The position numbers and the translations under genes were made by a program. DNA of 64,000 nt from Chrysomallon squamiferum (taxonomy: Eukaryota; Animalia; Mollusca), in the NCBI GenBank assembly GCA_012295275.1, contig CM022670.1, positions 19,220,001-19,284,000 on the forward strand, in the 5' to 3' direction. Numbering within the stretch: position 1 is the first letter of the stretch; each line of letters starts with the position of its first letter. Shown here piece after piece: positions 1-13,431 of this stretch. Under the pieces are notes generated by a model. It was not told the DNA's origin. It searched no databases and was given only the letters and a program-made list of their open reading frames with translations.

Positions 1-569
1 TGATAATGTTTTTCTTTCTAAAATAAAATCTACCAATTTAAACATTAGATGATTTCTCTTTCAAATAAACATTTTTGGGTGTTAAATTATCTTAATATTG
101 ATATGCCTTAAAATAAAATGTGATAAATATCTTGCATTAGACATGGTAAACATGCCAATAATAACTGGTTAACATTACAAGTAATACATAAATTTCACAT
201 GCAGGTTTCAGTTCACGCCTGTGAAGGATATTGTTACAGTATTATGAAAATGCAGGGACAAATTCTTTTTTGAAAATATTGTTATTCCTAAAAAGTTTTT
301 GTTTTTTGTTATTTTTCCTTCTCTTGTTTCCATATTCTAAAATCTAGTTCTAAAATGATTATTTCCATATTCTAAAAGAAATTGATTAATAGTTGCTAAA
401 TGAAAAATTTTAAAAATTATATTATAAAGATCAAATAAAATAAAATATTCATGTGCTGATACTATAAACTATAACTAACTAGCTAACTAAATAATAAATA
501 ATTTTTAAAAAGATGTAAGCATTTTATATAATATAAAAATGAATGTTAAATGCCAATTATATTTCAAAA

Positions 570-885
570 TATTCAGTGGATATATTTGTTTCCCCTAAAC
601 TAACACGCTTGATTAATTTCCATTAATATCTAAATATATACAAATTATCTGAACTTTAGTCAAGTATTATAAAAATGTGTAACAGAACACTGTCATTGGA
701 TTACTGGCTTTAATAACACAGGTGTCATAAATTCACTATTTACTGCTTCTTGTTTATCTTCCTTATGAAACACTAGACAAAATGTCGCCTCAGTAGAGCT
801 CTTCACTAAAAGAGTTAACACAATACATCTGGTGCAATGAATTATAAATAAACATAATTCAATAACTAATTATGCAAGCTGTCCC
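570..885 (+). repeat. Old dispersed repeat, copy 1 (homologous to about 28400-28805)
   Basis: aggtgtcataaatt...aaacactagacaaaatgtcgcctcagtagagctcttcactaaaagagttaacacaata versus aggtgtcataaatt...aaacaccagacaaattgtcgccctcagaagggttcttctttaaaagaggtaacaaaata, with weaker collinear matches on both flanks. Confidence 0.8.
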
Positions 886-1939
886 CAAAATTTTTTACTT
901 CAATATTTGCTGTGAATTATTTGAAATAATATATTTTATATATAACTGTATTTTTATTTTTTTGGTAGTTTTTTTTTCTTGTTAATGCTATTAACTAAAC
1001 AAATTTTGAAATAATCACATTATTCTACAATACAGGTCAATGGCCTGTAATCAGGATATTAAATGCTTTGAATAAAATACAAAATTTTGTTAAAAGCATG
1101 ACTTGTACCAAGGTATAATGTTTTCATTTGTATATATTACTAATTTTAATAAATAAATTATTTAAAATTAAATCTTTTAACCATTTATAGATGACTTTTT
1201 TCATACAAGATACAGTTAGCCTGCAATAATATCTGGAATCTATAAAGATTTTTTGTTTAAATTTAAATTTATACTTTATTGTGAGAAATGCTCTATAATT
1301 AAAGGTTCTGTATTCTATTTTAACTGTAGCAGTAAATTTTTAAATAACTGTCAGGCATAATGTTCCAGGATCAATCACTAATAATGTCCACTGGCTGCTT
1401 TATCAAAGACCAAGACATATTTCATTAATATATGGATATAAAAAATCTCTCTCTAATAGACAGGTAGTAGGTTTACTCTCATAAATAATCAATATTTATA
1501 TGAAATATATGATTAAAACCAAATAACCATTAATATAAAAATGTTTTGACCTGCATGCATTTGTAATGACCAAAAGTTTTTATAATGTTTTTTTTTTTTT
1601 TTTTCATCTCGTGAAACATCTTATTTTTAAAATAGCCACAGAACATGTAAAAACCATTGATTATGTTTTCCATAGAGTCTAATAACCAAGGTGCTGATGG
1701 TCAGAACAGTGCAAGTTTTTACTGATAAGTTCTCATGGGATATGTATGTGTGAATGTGAACTATCACATAAAGGTTATTCATTTTCTTGATCTTTTTCTC
1801 ATAGATAAAATATGAAATAAAACAATTTTTATTATTTCCTTATTTATTCTTTTTTTTTTTTGTGGGGGCATATTGGTATTTGCAAGAGGTTTGTGTGAGG
1901 AAAAAAAAAGTTTGTTTCAGTAATAAAATAAATAATTAA

Positions 1940-2160
1940 CAGAAGAGTGACTGTAATTCAGTGGTTTGAGTTGTGGTTCACTGTAAAAGGTAAGAAGATC
2001 ATTAATTTACTTTTTTAAACTTTTTTTTTTACTAGGGGTTTATTAGAGGAAACGATAAATCATGTACTTCCTTATCTATGGGAAAATGCATATGTAACTG
2101 ATTCTGTGGTGCTAATTGATAATATTAACCTGTTATCTTGCAGCAGCAGATTTCTTCTGT
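1940..2160 (+). mobile_element. Heavily decayed tRNA-derived SINE (central domain resembles molluscan Meta-type SINEs)
   Basis: An A-box-like start (tgtaattcagtggtttgag) precedes tgtacttccttatctatgggaaaatgcatat...tgctaattga...gcagcagcagatttcttct. This resembles a SINE core I recall as TGTGCTATCCTGTCTGTGGGA..GTGCATATAAAAGATCCCTTGCTGCTAATCG. It is also similar to the reverse complement of 32094-32190. Confidence 0.5.
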
Positions 2161-3595
2161 TAAATTATTGTTATAAAGACTAACATATATTTAATAACAA
2201 GACTTACAGAAATTAGCAGAGATGTTGCTAACATTATTCACCCTACATTTCAATTTTTTATTTTATTTTTATTTATTTATTTATTTGCTTGTTGGTAGGT
2301 TTATTGGTTTATTTATTTAATTTTTATTTATTATCACTTTTTTTAGAAATGAAAGTAACAAAATACCTTATGAAGTATAAACATTTAAAATCTTTTCTTT
2401 GTCTCAAAGTCTAATGAACAACCTTTCAAAATTAATTAACTATCCAGAGATCACAAAAAACACATTATGCATGAATTAAAGCCAATGAGGCCCAAGAGGC
2501 TAAAAAAAAAAGTGAACTTGACTTGTAGAAAATATCCTTATGTGCATTATCAAAAAAAAACCCAATGACATGTCACTTCATTTTAACTTTATTTAAAGGG
2601 CAATGGATAACATCTTAATTATTTAGTCTGAAAAAGTATTAGTAAAAAATATTGTAATATTGTAGTTAAAACTCAAAAATAAAAGTAAAAAAAATAAAAA
2701 TAAAATAAAATAAAGAAGTTTCTTGAATTTTGGGGAATTTTTTATCTGCGTTATTTCTTTTCATTTCACTGGTAAAGTAATATATTTATCTATTTATTAT
2801 AATAGATGCAGAAATTAAAATACAAAATAATTATTTTAAAAAAGGAGATAATATGTACAAAATTTATAGATAGGCAATTAGTACAAATGAATATTAGTGG
2901 GTTTTTTTTTGGTAAGTTAAAAAAGAAATAATAAACAATATCCATGTATAAGTATCTAATCTTATTTTAAAGAAAACATATTAAAAAGATTTTTTTTAAA
3001 TACAAATACTTTTTATTAAATTCTATAAGCTGATTATTAATTATTTGTTCGTATTTTCACTAAAATAGTATCCAATATGACCGACAGACTCAGATTAATA
3101 ACTTTCAGCTCCATTTAAAGATTAGGTTTCATCTTCATGTATAATCTAATGAAATAATGTTCTGTGATTGCCCATAATTTAAGAAGTAATGTATGTTTGT
3201 TCAGCAAGTATTTCCTAACATGCAATCTTCACAGCTCATCACTTTCACAAATTGAGTGATGTCACTACTATCCAGAAGATAATGCCAAATAGCTATAAAC
3301 TGAAAGTTAGGCTTAGGAAATAAAAATAGAAGTATCTGACATGAAACTAAAAAAAAAAAAAAATAATAATAATTATAAATAAATAAATCAATTTCAAAAA
3401 GCTTTTAAGAGTATTTTTTAATGTAGGATAAAAATTAATAATAATAATGACTTTATTAAATAAACAATTGTATAACTGCTGTGGAATAATATCAGATATG
3501 CAATATTAATTTAATTTTATTTTTATTTTTATTGTGGTTTTTTAAATTAAAAAATAATAAAATATGAAAAGAAAAAAAATAATGCCATGAGGCCA

Positions 3596-3596
<1 letters not shown>

Positions 3597-3631
<35 letters not shown>
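3597..3631. repeat. (TG)n microsatellite
   Basis: Direct reading. Confidence 0.98.
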
Positions 3632-3634
<3 letters not shown>

Positions 3635-5462
3635 AAACACACATACATAGAAACAAAAAAACAAAAATAACAAAACAAATTTTTTTTTTTTTTTTTTTTT
3701 TACAACCAACCAACTATCCAGAGAAAATAATCTTCTGTTCTTGTATACATATATTCAGATACTAATATTCATAGAACCAATATTAGATTCTGATAGGACA
3801 CACAAATTCAACAACAACAGTATCTAGACATGCTATCAATTCTCTCCCCATGACAGGAGATTTCCCTGACATCATGCCCTAGGGTGCTACATGCAACGCT
3901 GGTGATATTTTCTTGGAAATTTGGCCTCAGGCCCACAGTAAAACATGAAGAGTGACAAAGAAGATAAACTACAGACTACCATTTTCCTATGAAATCATGT
4001 TCCCATTGCATCACTTCAAAGGTGGAACTGTTTTTATTATGCAAGCAGAAAAACAGAACTAGTCAATGTATACAATTAATGACACTTTTCTTCATTGCAG
4101 ATTAAATGATAAATATTTTATGGGTGTTTATCAGGGAAAGGGAGAGATCTGGTTCATTAATTACTGTGGATGGTTCTGGTATACTAATGTAGATGACTTG
4201 TCTTTTTGTTTATAATTATACAAGTATATGAAGAATAAATGTTTGGAATATTAATAAATAAGAAGAGAAAAAGAAAAAGGATTTTATAATTGTATTGTCA
4301 GTTAGTCAACTGATATTAATATAATAATAATAATAAAAATCAAAAGTAATCACTTCGAAAATAAACCTTTACAGTTTTGTTATTACAATATTATTATTAT
4401 CTCTCAGCTTTTAACTTTTCAATTTGAAGTAATTGCTTTAGTAACCAATACCTTAATTGATTATTCCAAAAAAGAATTTAAGATATCAAATGAATTAAAA
4501 GACTTTCCAAAACATAAAATGTAAGACATACAAAAAAATGAATCATTTAATTTACATATAAAATTAATACATTAACTGATAATCATTAAATCACCCTTGA
4601 GATATTTTTCACTAGGTTCCAAAAATGTCACTTTAATTTAGTTCAGTTTATCATTTTCATTCAGATTAAATTCCTGCTTCTGACTAATTTCTTTTGCCCT
4701 CACAATGAAAATTTGATTTCTATGAATTTGAGGCTTATCATTTCCTCTGCCATAATGATTAATATTTTTTTTATATACATCAGTTCTAAATTATCTCACT
4801 GAATCACAAACACATACACTTACAGTTTTCACTGAAACTTGGATTAATATGTCAAATGTCAGTTAGATTAATACTACTTTATATCTTTATATGTATAGCC
4901 TTTAAATGAACTAAAATAAACAGAGGACATATTTACTTATTGTAGTGACAAACTGAACAGTATAAACTATTTTAACTTATGACCCAAGCAAGAATTGTAT
5001 TAGAATTACAGTAAAACATAAATTTTGAAAGAGTAAAATGGAAATCCATTCTTCCAGTAGTGGTACACATAAATGGAAATAAATACTGTAACTGAAGAAG
5101 AGATTAAATTACAAAGCTTTTTCAGCAAAAAAGATGAAAGTAATAATCAAGAATAAAAGCTGATAAAAAAAAATCTTTTGAATGAAATATATTGCAATAT
5201 GCATGAAAGTCAGAGCCAAATAAAAATAAAAAATAAAACAAAATGAGTGGTTGGTTTAGGAGAGGACAAGAGGATAAGAGAAAACATCCCTCAAAGAATC
5301 AGGCAGTAATTGGTAGAGATGAAAATAAAAAACATTAAAAAAAAAAAAAATTGATTCCAATAAGATAAAAGCTAAAAATATTTCAAATAAAGGCATAAAC
5401 ATAAATCAAATGACTAACAAATAAAGTGGAAAAGATTATCTTGAAATGAACACTAATCTTAC

Positions 5463-6384
5463 CTGAATCTTTAGCCACTATGACAAGAATGTATTCTGAG
5501 AGAACTTCCCGATCTAGAGTCTGGTGTGCTTTGATTTCTCCTGACTGAGAATTGATTGAGAATATATTTTCATGCTCATCGGAAAGCAATGAATACTCCA
5601 AGTGACTGTTCACAGCTGAATCTTCATCCTGAGCAGTAACCTGAATAACATGAACTGGAAGACTATGCATGTTTTCCTGCACAAAGGCAATGTATGGTGA
5701 ATCCACAAATGCTGGTGTGCAATCATTAATGTCTGTGATGTTGATGATGATGCGTGCAGTGCTGGACATAACAACATCAATGCCACTGTCTTGCGCTTGC
5801 ACAACAAGATTGTAAACCTTAACTCGTTCATAATCCAGATTTTTGAGTACTCGAAGAACACCACTGCTCATGTCCATGTTGAAATCATAGTTGCCATCTC
5901 CATTGATGATGTAGTAGCGAACCATTCCATTCAAACCTTTATCCATGTCTGTTGCTGAGACAGTGAGAAGACTGGTGCCAATGCCAATATTTTCTGGAAC
6001 TGTAGCAGAATATAAATGTTCTACAAATATGGGTGAATTATCGTTGGCATCTTTGATGATTACTTCCAAATTCTGAACAGAAGAAAGAGGTGGGTTGCCT
6101 TTATCAGTGGCTGTTATTTGAAGTGTATAGCTAGACACAGATTCTCGATCAAGATTAGAATTCACCCGCAGCTCTCCTGTGACCGGGTTGATGGTAAAAG
6201 GGTATCCAAAACCAGGAACTTTGGCAACAGTGTAACGAAGTTGTTGGTTGATGCCATCGTCACGATCTATTGCACTGACAGTGAAAACCACTCTACCTGT
6301 TGGTGTGTTTTCTTTTACCATTGTCTGGTTTGGACTGTGGAACTCTGGGGCACAGTCATTAACATCCTTTAGTTTGATGTCAAC
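5463..6384 (-). CDS. FAT4: Fat/FAT4-like cadherin, coding exon E (922 bp, phase 0 to 1), about three cadherin repeats, from VDIKLKDVNDCAPEF to LDREVLSEYILVIVAKDS(G)
   Basis: Acceptor ttttccag|GTT, donor TCA G|gtaaga. Repeated xEN, LDRE/LDYE and DxND motifs. Overlaps the 312-aa ORF 5383..6321. Confidence 0.97.
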
Positions 6385-6644
6385 CTGGAAAACAAATTAA
6401 ATTATTAAATTATACACAATGATTTGTTTTTTCATCTGTATGCTATGAATTGCTTGATTATTTTAGTGAAAGTTTATTATATTACTAATCTGCTATCATA
6501 CTTTCTTAATTGGTAAAGTGTCTTTATGTTTATGTGACTAGGTGAAAGAAAAAATATGTCAGTGGAAATGTACCACAAGTAGGTTTTTTTGGTGTAGTTG
6601 TATATGAATTTGAAGAAGAGTATATGAATTATTAAAGAAATTAC

Positions 6645-6835
6645 TTTTGCAGTGGTATGCAGCCTTGAACTTGGTGGTTCAGACTGATCAGTTGCCATGA
6701 CAATAAGAGAATATGTTGAAATGTCTTCTCTATCAAGGGAAGCTATTGTGAAGATAGTTCCATTCTGTCTACCAATATCAAACTGATTTTTCAAATCACC
6801 TCCAACAAGACTGTATTGAATGTCACTATTAATTC
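6645..6835 (-). CDS. FAT4: Fat/FAT4-like cadherin, coding exon D (191 bp, phase 1 to 0): (G)INSDIQYSLVGGDLKNQFDIGRQNGTIFTIASLDREDISTYSLIVMATDQSEPPSSRLHTTAK
   Basis: Acceptor ttttttacag|GA continues exon C as DVDSG-INS; donor AAA|gtaatt. LDRE motif present. Overlaps ORF 6477..6794. Confidence 0.95.
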
Positions 6836-9800
6836 CTGTAAAAAAAAAATTAAATTAAAATTTAAACATTATTCATTATAAAATGTATACTGTATAGAAC
6901 ATATTTGTGCAAAAAAAGAAGAAGAAAAAAAAAAGGACAAAATAACAGCAACTGCAACCAAGAGCATGTTATTAATAATCTGTGGAATGTTGTCTCAGTT
7001 CTTTTTAAAAGTAAAGCCAATAAAAAGATATTTATATCCTGATTTTCAGTAATATAAATATTGCTGATAGGAAGACAGAAAATATAATCAGATCATTGTT
7101 TTGATGCTGATAAGCTATTTTTGGCTATAAAAAATCTGTTATTTCTTTAAATTTAAAGTTATGTATTTAATTATAAAGTTTTTCAATATAGTGAACAGAA
7201 ACAGTAATAAAATCCATATGCACGCACATACCCACAAATACACACAAACTATATAGATATACTAAACCTCTGATGAACATGGACAACAAAACTAGAAATC
7301 ACTGAAATAAATCTATTCATCTTGCTGTATATTTTATTAATGTTTAATTCAGACTGTGCTCCAAGAAAATAAATTTTAAAATTTTAAAAAAAATAGGAAG
7401 AAAATTCTGCTGTTTTATTATTTCTTTAATTTTTCACACAGATTACAGTAAAAGACAAAAGGATCAAACTGGAATTATGTGTCCAGGTAAAAAAATAAAA
7501 ATATCTACCTCAAAAACATGTCATACATAAATTAATGTTTAAGCAGAAAATATGCCTCGGGCAGGTATCAATATATTAACATTGTCTTCAACAAAAGCCT
7601 GTTGTTGACAGGCGTTGTTTCTGATCACTGTTAGATAACAAGTACCATTCCCCGAGGAGGAAAAGGAAGCTTAGATGAAGTTAAGACTGCAAGGAAGAAA
7701 ATGTTTTTAATGAATGTGCCTACATTCTGATGCAAGCATATGCACATATTTTATAATCATACATATAGTCATTCAAATCACACATACACACAACACACAC
7801 ATGTACACATATACAGAACACAACACAACACAACACATACAGACACTAAACACTTGTACAAAGAAACCCCAAAATGAGTATTTCATATAAAATAAATTAA
7901 TGTTCAGTTTTTTCTAAAACCATAAATCATTTTAGTTTAAATCTTTAAAATACATTTCAATTCTAAATTAATTATTATTTCCTTAAAAGAAAAAATACTA
8001 ATCCATTTTACATATTGTACTGCTATTCATTATAAAAACATTTTCAAAACAAAACAGTGTTCTACTTAAATATATATTTAAAAACTGAATAATATGTTTA
8101 ATTAAAATATACACGTGTGTAAGCTGAACAACAACAAAGAAAATGTACCAACAGAAATGATCTTTCTAAATAAATTTTACACTTGAAACCAGCAGCAAGA
8201 AGATTGAGAACCTGATTAAGTAAGAAAAATGGCCACATTTTGTTACAACGTAAAGATAAACACAATTTAAAGCTTTAACAGTACTTGATCTAAATTCTTA
8301 TGAAAAGCCACAATTCCCTGAATATGGCACAGATAACTATTCAATAATATATCCATCACCTAAACCATGTACAATCTGTCTAAATACAAATAATAATAAT
8401 AATAAAAAAAATAATAATAACAAATACATAATAATAAAAAATAATAAATTGATCAGCATTAATCTGGCTATTACTATTATCCACATTTCAACACAATGTA
8501 GGTTAAGAGCTGACAGAGAATGAGAGAAAAATGTCCAAAGAAAATACTTGCCAATCATATAGAGAAATTTTCCCCACCCTAGTGTTTACCTAAGGGACAA
8601 GACATTATGAAGATTGCTTGTGTGTTTAATAACCTTGGGGCTAAATATTATCACAAAGAAATGCTACAGTGTGAAATGATGCCAATGGAGGCATTTTTTT
8701 CCTTCTTTTTTCAACTGTTATTTCTTTCTTTATAGATTTCTGTTTTGAAAAATGTTTGATTATTGTAGCTAAAAGCTGAACAGGTTTTAATCAGTAAAAA
8801 TTAGCATACTTTGTCTTCAATGGAAGCCTTGAAGGAAATTAATAATTTTTTATCAGTAAATTTAGAAGAAAAAAAATAGAAATTAGTTTCAATGATTAAT
8901 TTATCAAGTACAACCATGTTGTTTCTTGAAGACATTTTAGAAGTAAAAAAGTGATAATCAATGAGATAATCTGTAGAACTGTTTGCTAAGTAAGAAATGG
9001 TTATTGTTTTTTCCTGGAGGGCATTTTGCATAGAAATGTCAATTCACTGAGAAATTTTACACTTTTTTCCTTCAAGAATGATTGCAAAGGACAATATTTT
9101 TTTTATTGTTTACAATTCTGTAAAAATATCTGCATTGAATGACTCAACAGTGCACTATATTTTTAAAATCTTATCTCACTGAAAGATTTTTTCTTTTTAG
9201 CAAAGTTGCAGTAGCAGTATATGTTATAATGATAGACAGTGATAAAGATTGATGATCTCATAGTACTGAACCTAATTAATTCTTTTAATAGTTGTTATCT
9301 TTCTTGTACAGCCTGAATTTCTGAAATTTAAATCAAAACAGATATAACATAATGTCAGATGACAGTATTTTAGTAATTAGAAGTTGAAGATAACCTTGTT
9401 ACAAATGTCAAAACTTACAATGAAGTTTTATTCTCTGCTGGCAACAGTTTATCTCAACAGGCCTTATTTAATTTAAGTACTACAATATCTTAATTTAAAA
9501 AAAAGTTGCTGAGTATGGTTTCTTTTACATCATGGCATTATTTACATTTTTTCCCATGAGCAATCAGAATCATTTTTTTTTTTTTTCCATCAATTGCATC
9601 ACAGGCAATGAAAACTTTCTGCCAGTGTGTTTCTAAGGGCAGACAGACACACATAATACGGCAGGACTGATCTCTTGTGGTTATCTATATGTGACAAATG
9701 ATACTCATAAATCTTCAGTAATCCAGGAGATAAACTTTTTTAAAGATAAGATGTTCCCCACAGTTTGATTCCTGAAAGCTAGTTTAGGATCTCACCCTGT

Positions 9801-9939
9801 GTGATATGCCAACTGTTACAACAAACATTCACTTTGTCAGATAGAAGGAGAAAAAAAGTAGTGTTAAGTGCTCCTTGAAGTGCAAAATATTATACACCAA
9901 GTGTGTGGGCTTTTCTTATGGTCTTAAAAGTATTAAATC

Positions 9940-9943
<4 letters not shown>

Positions 9944-9989
<46 letters not shown>
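9944..9989. repeat. (TG)n microsatellite
   Basis: Direct reading. Confidence 0.98.
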
Positions 9990-9992
<3 letters not shown>

Positions 9993-12900
9993 AATGCATA
10001 CATGCAATGCAAATCTAAAGCACAGTAAGAAATACAGATATAGAGAAAGAAGGAAAATTAATTATTATTTGTTAAAAATAAAGAAATAAAATATAATAAA
10101 TATAAAATATATAATATATATATATATATATACTAAACAAAATACTACAAAACACAATCCTTTACACAAAAAAGCACACATGCATTTCAGTCAAAGATAG
10201 CAACTCAAATACAGTTTCGCTATACTTATTTACCCCTTACAGATTTCATTCAAAGGAATACAGAATCTGGAAGATAAAACTGAAAAGATAATGATCCTTG
10301 AAAACATCTTTAAAACTCTTTGATATGTTAGATTGGACACTAAAATAAATAATATTTACTCTTTGTAGTGAAAACTTTATCATAGATTGTTTACAGTTTC
10401 ATGCTGTTTGTATGTATGTATTATTTACTGAAGCGTTGAAATGAGGGGCAATTACTTATAACTACTTGGCAGTATAAAATAATTTACAGTTTTTAAAGGT
10501 CTGTGAGAAAATTAGTTGACTATAAATGGATGCTTAGTTTCTAAAATTAAAATAGCTGTTTTTTTCTTCTTTTTTGGCGGGGTTAATTATAAAAAATGTG
10601 CATTTTCCTGCAATATCATACACACACACATACTTCATCTCTCTTTCTATCTCACAAATAAAGATCCACATAAACATATATATGAAATCAGAAAAGGTGT
10701 TTATTTATCACATAAATGATATATGCATGCTCTCCACTGCATAACAATGTATGTGAGTGTGTGATATTAATTAACTTTTAATTTATATTCAAATATAGCC
10801 TTTTTGTAACAGTTTCATTACAAAATAATTCATATCCAAGTCTGTGAATGAATAAAAGAATATTTAATGATACCCCATCTGTTGGATGTCAATTTGTTTC
10901 TCTACCACATCTATATATCTCTATCACCTAACAAAAACAAAAATTTTCTCTTTCACAAAACTTTTGTATCAGACTTGAACATCTTTGCTCACAATGGCAC
11001 AGATAACTATTTACAATATTTTGACATCAAAAAGGTCAGGTATTCCCGTAATGTGTTCATTACAAATCTCTCCTATCTTTTCTGACTGGAGCTTCGTGCT
11101 GGGTTTATTTGAAAAATTTCCCATCTCCCCTGCCTGCCAGTCAAATCAGAACAACTGTGACAAAATGGAAAACAGATCTGAACAGTGTAACCCAATTTGA
11201 TCTCAATGACTGGTGGATCATTTGCAAGACAAAAACAAGCAAATTGCAATATGATGTCTTCATTAGGATGGAGTGCTGGACATGACAGCTCCTCCAACAA
11301 AAATGTCATGTGCAGACCATATGGTGTGATGAAAAATACAAAACCAGTTTTGTAGAAAATATAATTTTCTAGTAAATATTTTAGAAATAAGTTTCCTGAA
11401 AGATAGTTATTTAATTTGGAAATGATGTGTTAATGTAAATGTTTGAATGTGTGTACAGCTAAAAGTATTTGTCTATATGTTAAACAGATATGCTTACACT
11501 TGTGAGTAGGATGTGCATATATTTTTATATTTTTATGATGTACACCTATATAATGTATATGTTTAAGCAGTATCTTTAAAGTTTATCTATATATTTTTTA
11601 TTTAGCTAAATGTCTAGCATTCATTCATATACATATTTTATGAACTAAGTATTTTTCGTTTTTAGTCTAAAACAAAATATTACAGAACCTAATGTCTTTT
11701 GTTATCTATAGAAAGGTGCTCGGAACAATAGCAATCCCAGAAAACAATGGCTGACCAAGGAAATAACTATACTGTAGTAAACAGCCAGCACTTAATGGCA
11801 GGACTAAGTGATTCTATAAGACTGTATTTCTAATAATTTTCTGGTCAATACATTCTAATTCACACCTTGGTGAGAAAAGGCCAACACATCTATAGTAGGA
11901 AGAAAGGTTTTTATATTACTAAACCTAGCTCACAATTCACATACAAGCAAAACACACACACACACACACACACATCTTTGTTTATATTTAAGTACAAGAC
12001 TAGAAACTAACAAGCAATTAATTATACACATCCTCATAACAAAACATTTTAATTCCAGGACATTTTATATACTATACAGACTAAAACACACCAAATATAA
12101 GGATAATTTTTGTTCCAAAATATTGTGAAATATTAATTTATTCAGACTTGGACACAAACTAAAGCATTTGTACATATATAATAATCTTATTCATCAGTGT
12201 GTGTGTGTATAAATATACATATTTGTATCAGTAAATAAAAAAAATAGCTGAAATTAGTAATTACATAAAAGTCAGTAGATACAGATAATAAATTTATAAC
12301 TTGGAGATAGTTTTATGTGGTAAGCTGGTGCACAAACTGCAGAAAATAATTCAATAAAAACAAACAAGTAAAAAAATATGTTAATAATAAAATTATAAAT
12401 CAGTATGTTTAATCATTTTAAAATTACCATTTATACAATCAACAGACAGTTTACCAATCAAGCATGAAAGCACTAAAGCCACATGGGGCGGACTATTTAA
12501 AAAGAAATTCATTTAAAAAAACCAAAATACAATATAAACAAAAAACTCTTTGCAAAACAATTAATCCATACAACAGAGATTAGTGAAACAATTCAGTTTC
12601 TTTTTTAGTTTATTTTAATGGAAGAAAAAAACCATACAAAATTTAAAAACTAATAATTAAAAACAATACAATAAATAAAGCTCTCCAAAATTCACAATGA
12701 AGAAATTGAAAATACTATTTACTAATCAAAGAATCTGATCTAGCAGGTAAACTTGGAAAGAAGCCCAGATCTTCATCAAAAACTAATGCCAGAGGCAAGT
12801 TGCTGAATCATATATATCAGTTATTGTTCAGTTACCTAACCAGCAGGTCTGCCTGCATGACGTATGTAATGGCTTTGGTTCACAGAACATGTGTCTCCTG

Positions 12901-13431
12901 TTAATTCAACGCAAATAGTAACCAAGCTTTGAGAACAAAAAACAAGGGGGAAAAAAAATAAAAAGGCTGTGCTGAAGCCAAGATATGAGAAACATGTTGT
13001 ATTAACAAGCACCATTTTTCTGTGCTTCAGTGCATAACTGACTGCATACTGATGTTTAACAAGTTTTTCCTTTGTATATTTTAATACAAAAATTCATTCA
13101 CACAGTTTAGGTCTTTATTAGTATTAATGTTTACAACAAGATGATTTTGTTTGTAATACTCTTTTTGTAGGTCGATTACCATTTATGTCAAAAAAAGTTT
13201 CCTGGGTTTATTTCTAACAAAAACATTCAGAATTATATAGAAAATATATGTGCATAATTATTCAAATTATGGTTTTATGCAAATGTTTCTGAAGTTTTCT
13301 GATCTTACATAATAGATTGCCAATTTACAGGTAAAGGATTTAAAATTATTTCAAGAGATATACACTGAGTAATTTTCACTTAGAAAACTGTATGGCTAAC
13401 TTGCAAAATATGCCTAAAATATACTAAATTT

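Larger units (their letters stand above)
1..5462 (-). other. Intron (>5.4 kb, 3' end outside the window) downstream of exon E
   Basis: Donor at 5462. The expected continuation (xP.LTGT-like strand plus DxNDN) is not seen in 1-5462. Confidence 0.75.

Noticed and set aside
5383-5462. Hydrophobic C-terminal tails of ORFs 5383..6321, 6477..6794 and 30585..30941, read as transmembrane segments
   Set aside because: They are read-through into U-rich intron beyond good GT donors. They would matter only if intron retention or intronic polyadenylation were shown.
5610-6372. ORFs 5610..5864 (-) and 6118..6372 (+)
   Set aside because: Alternative-frame and antisense shadows of cadherin exon E.
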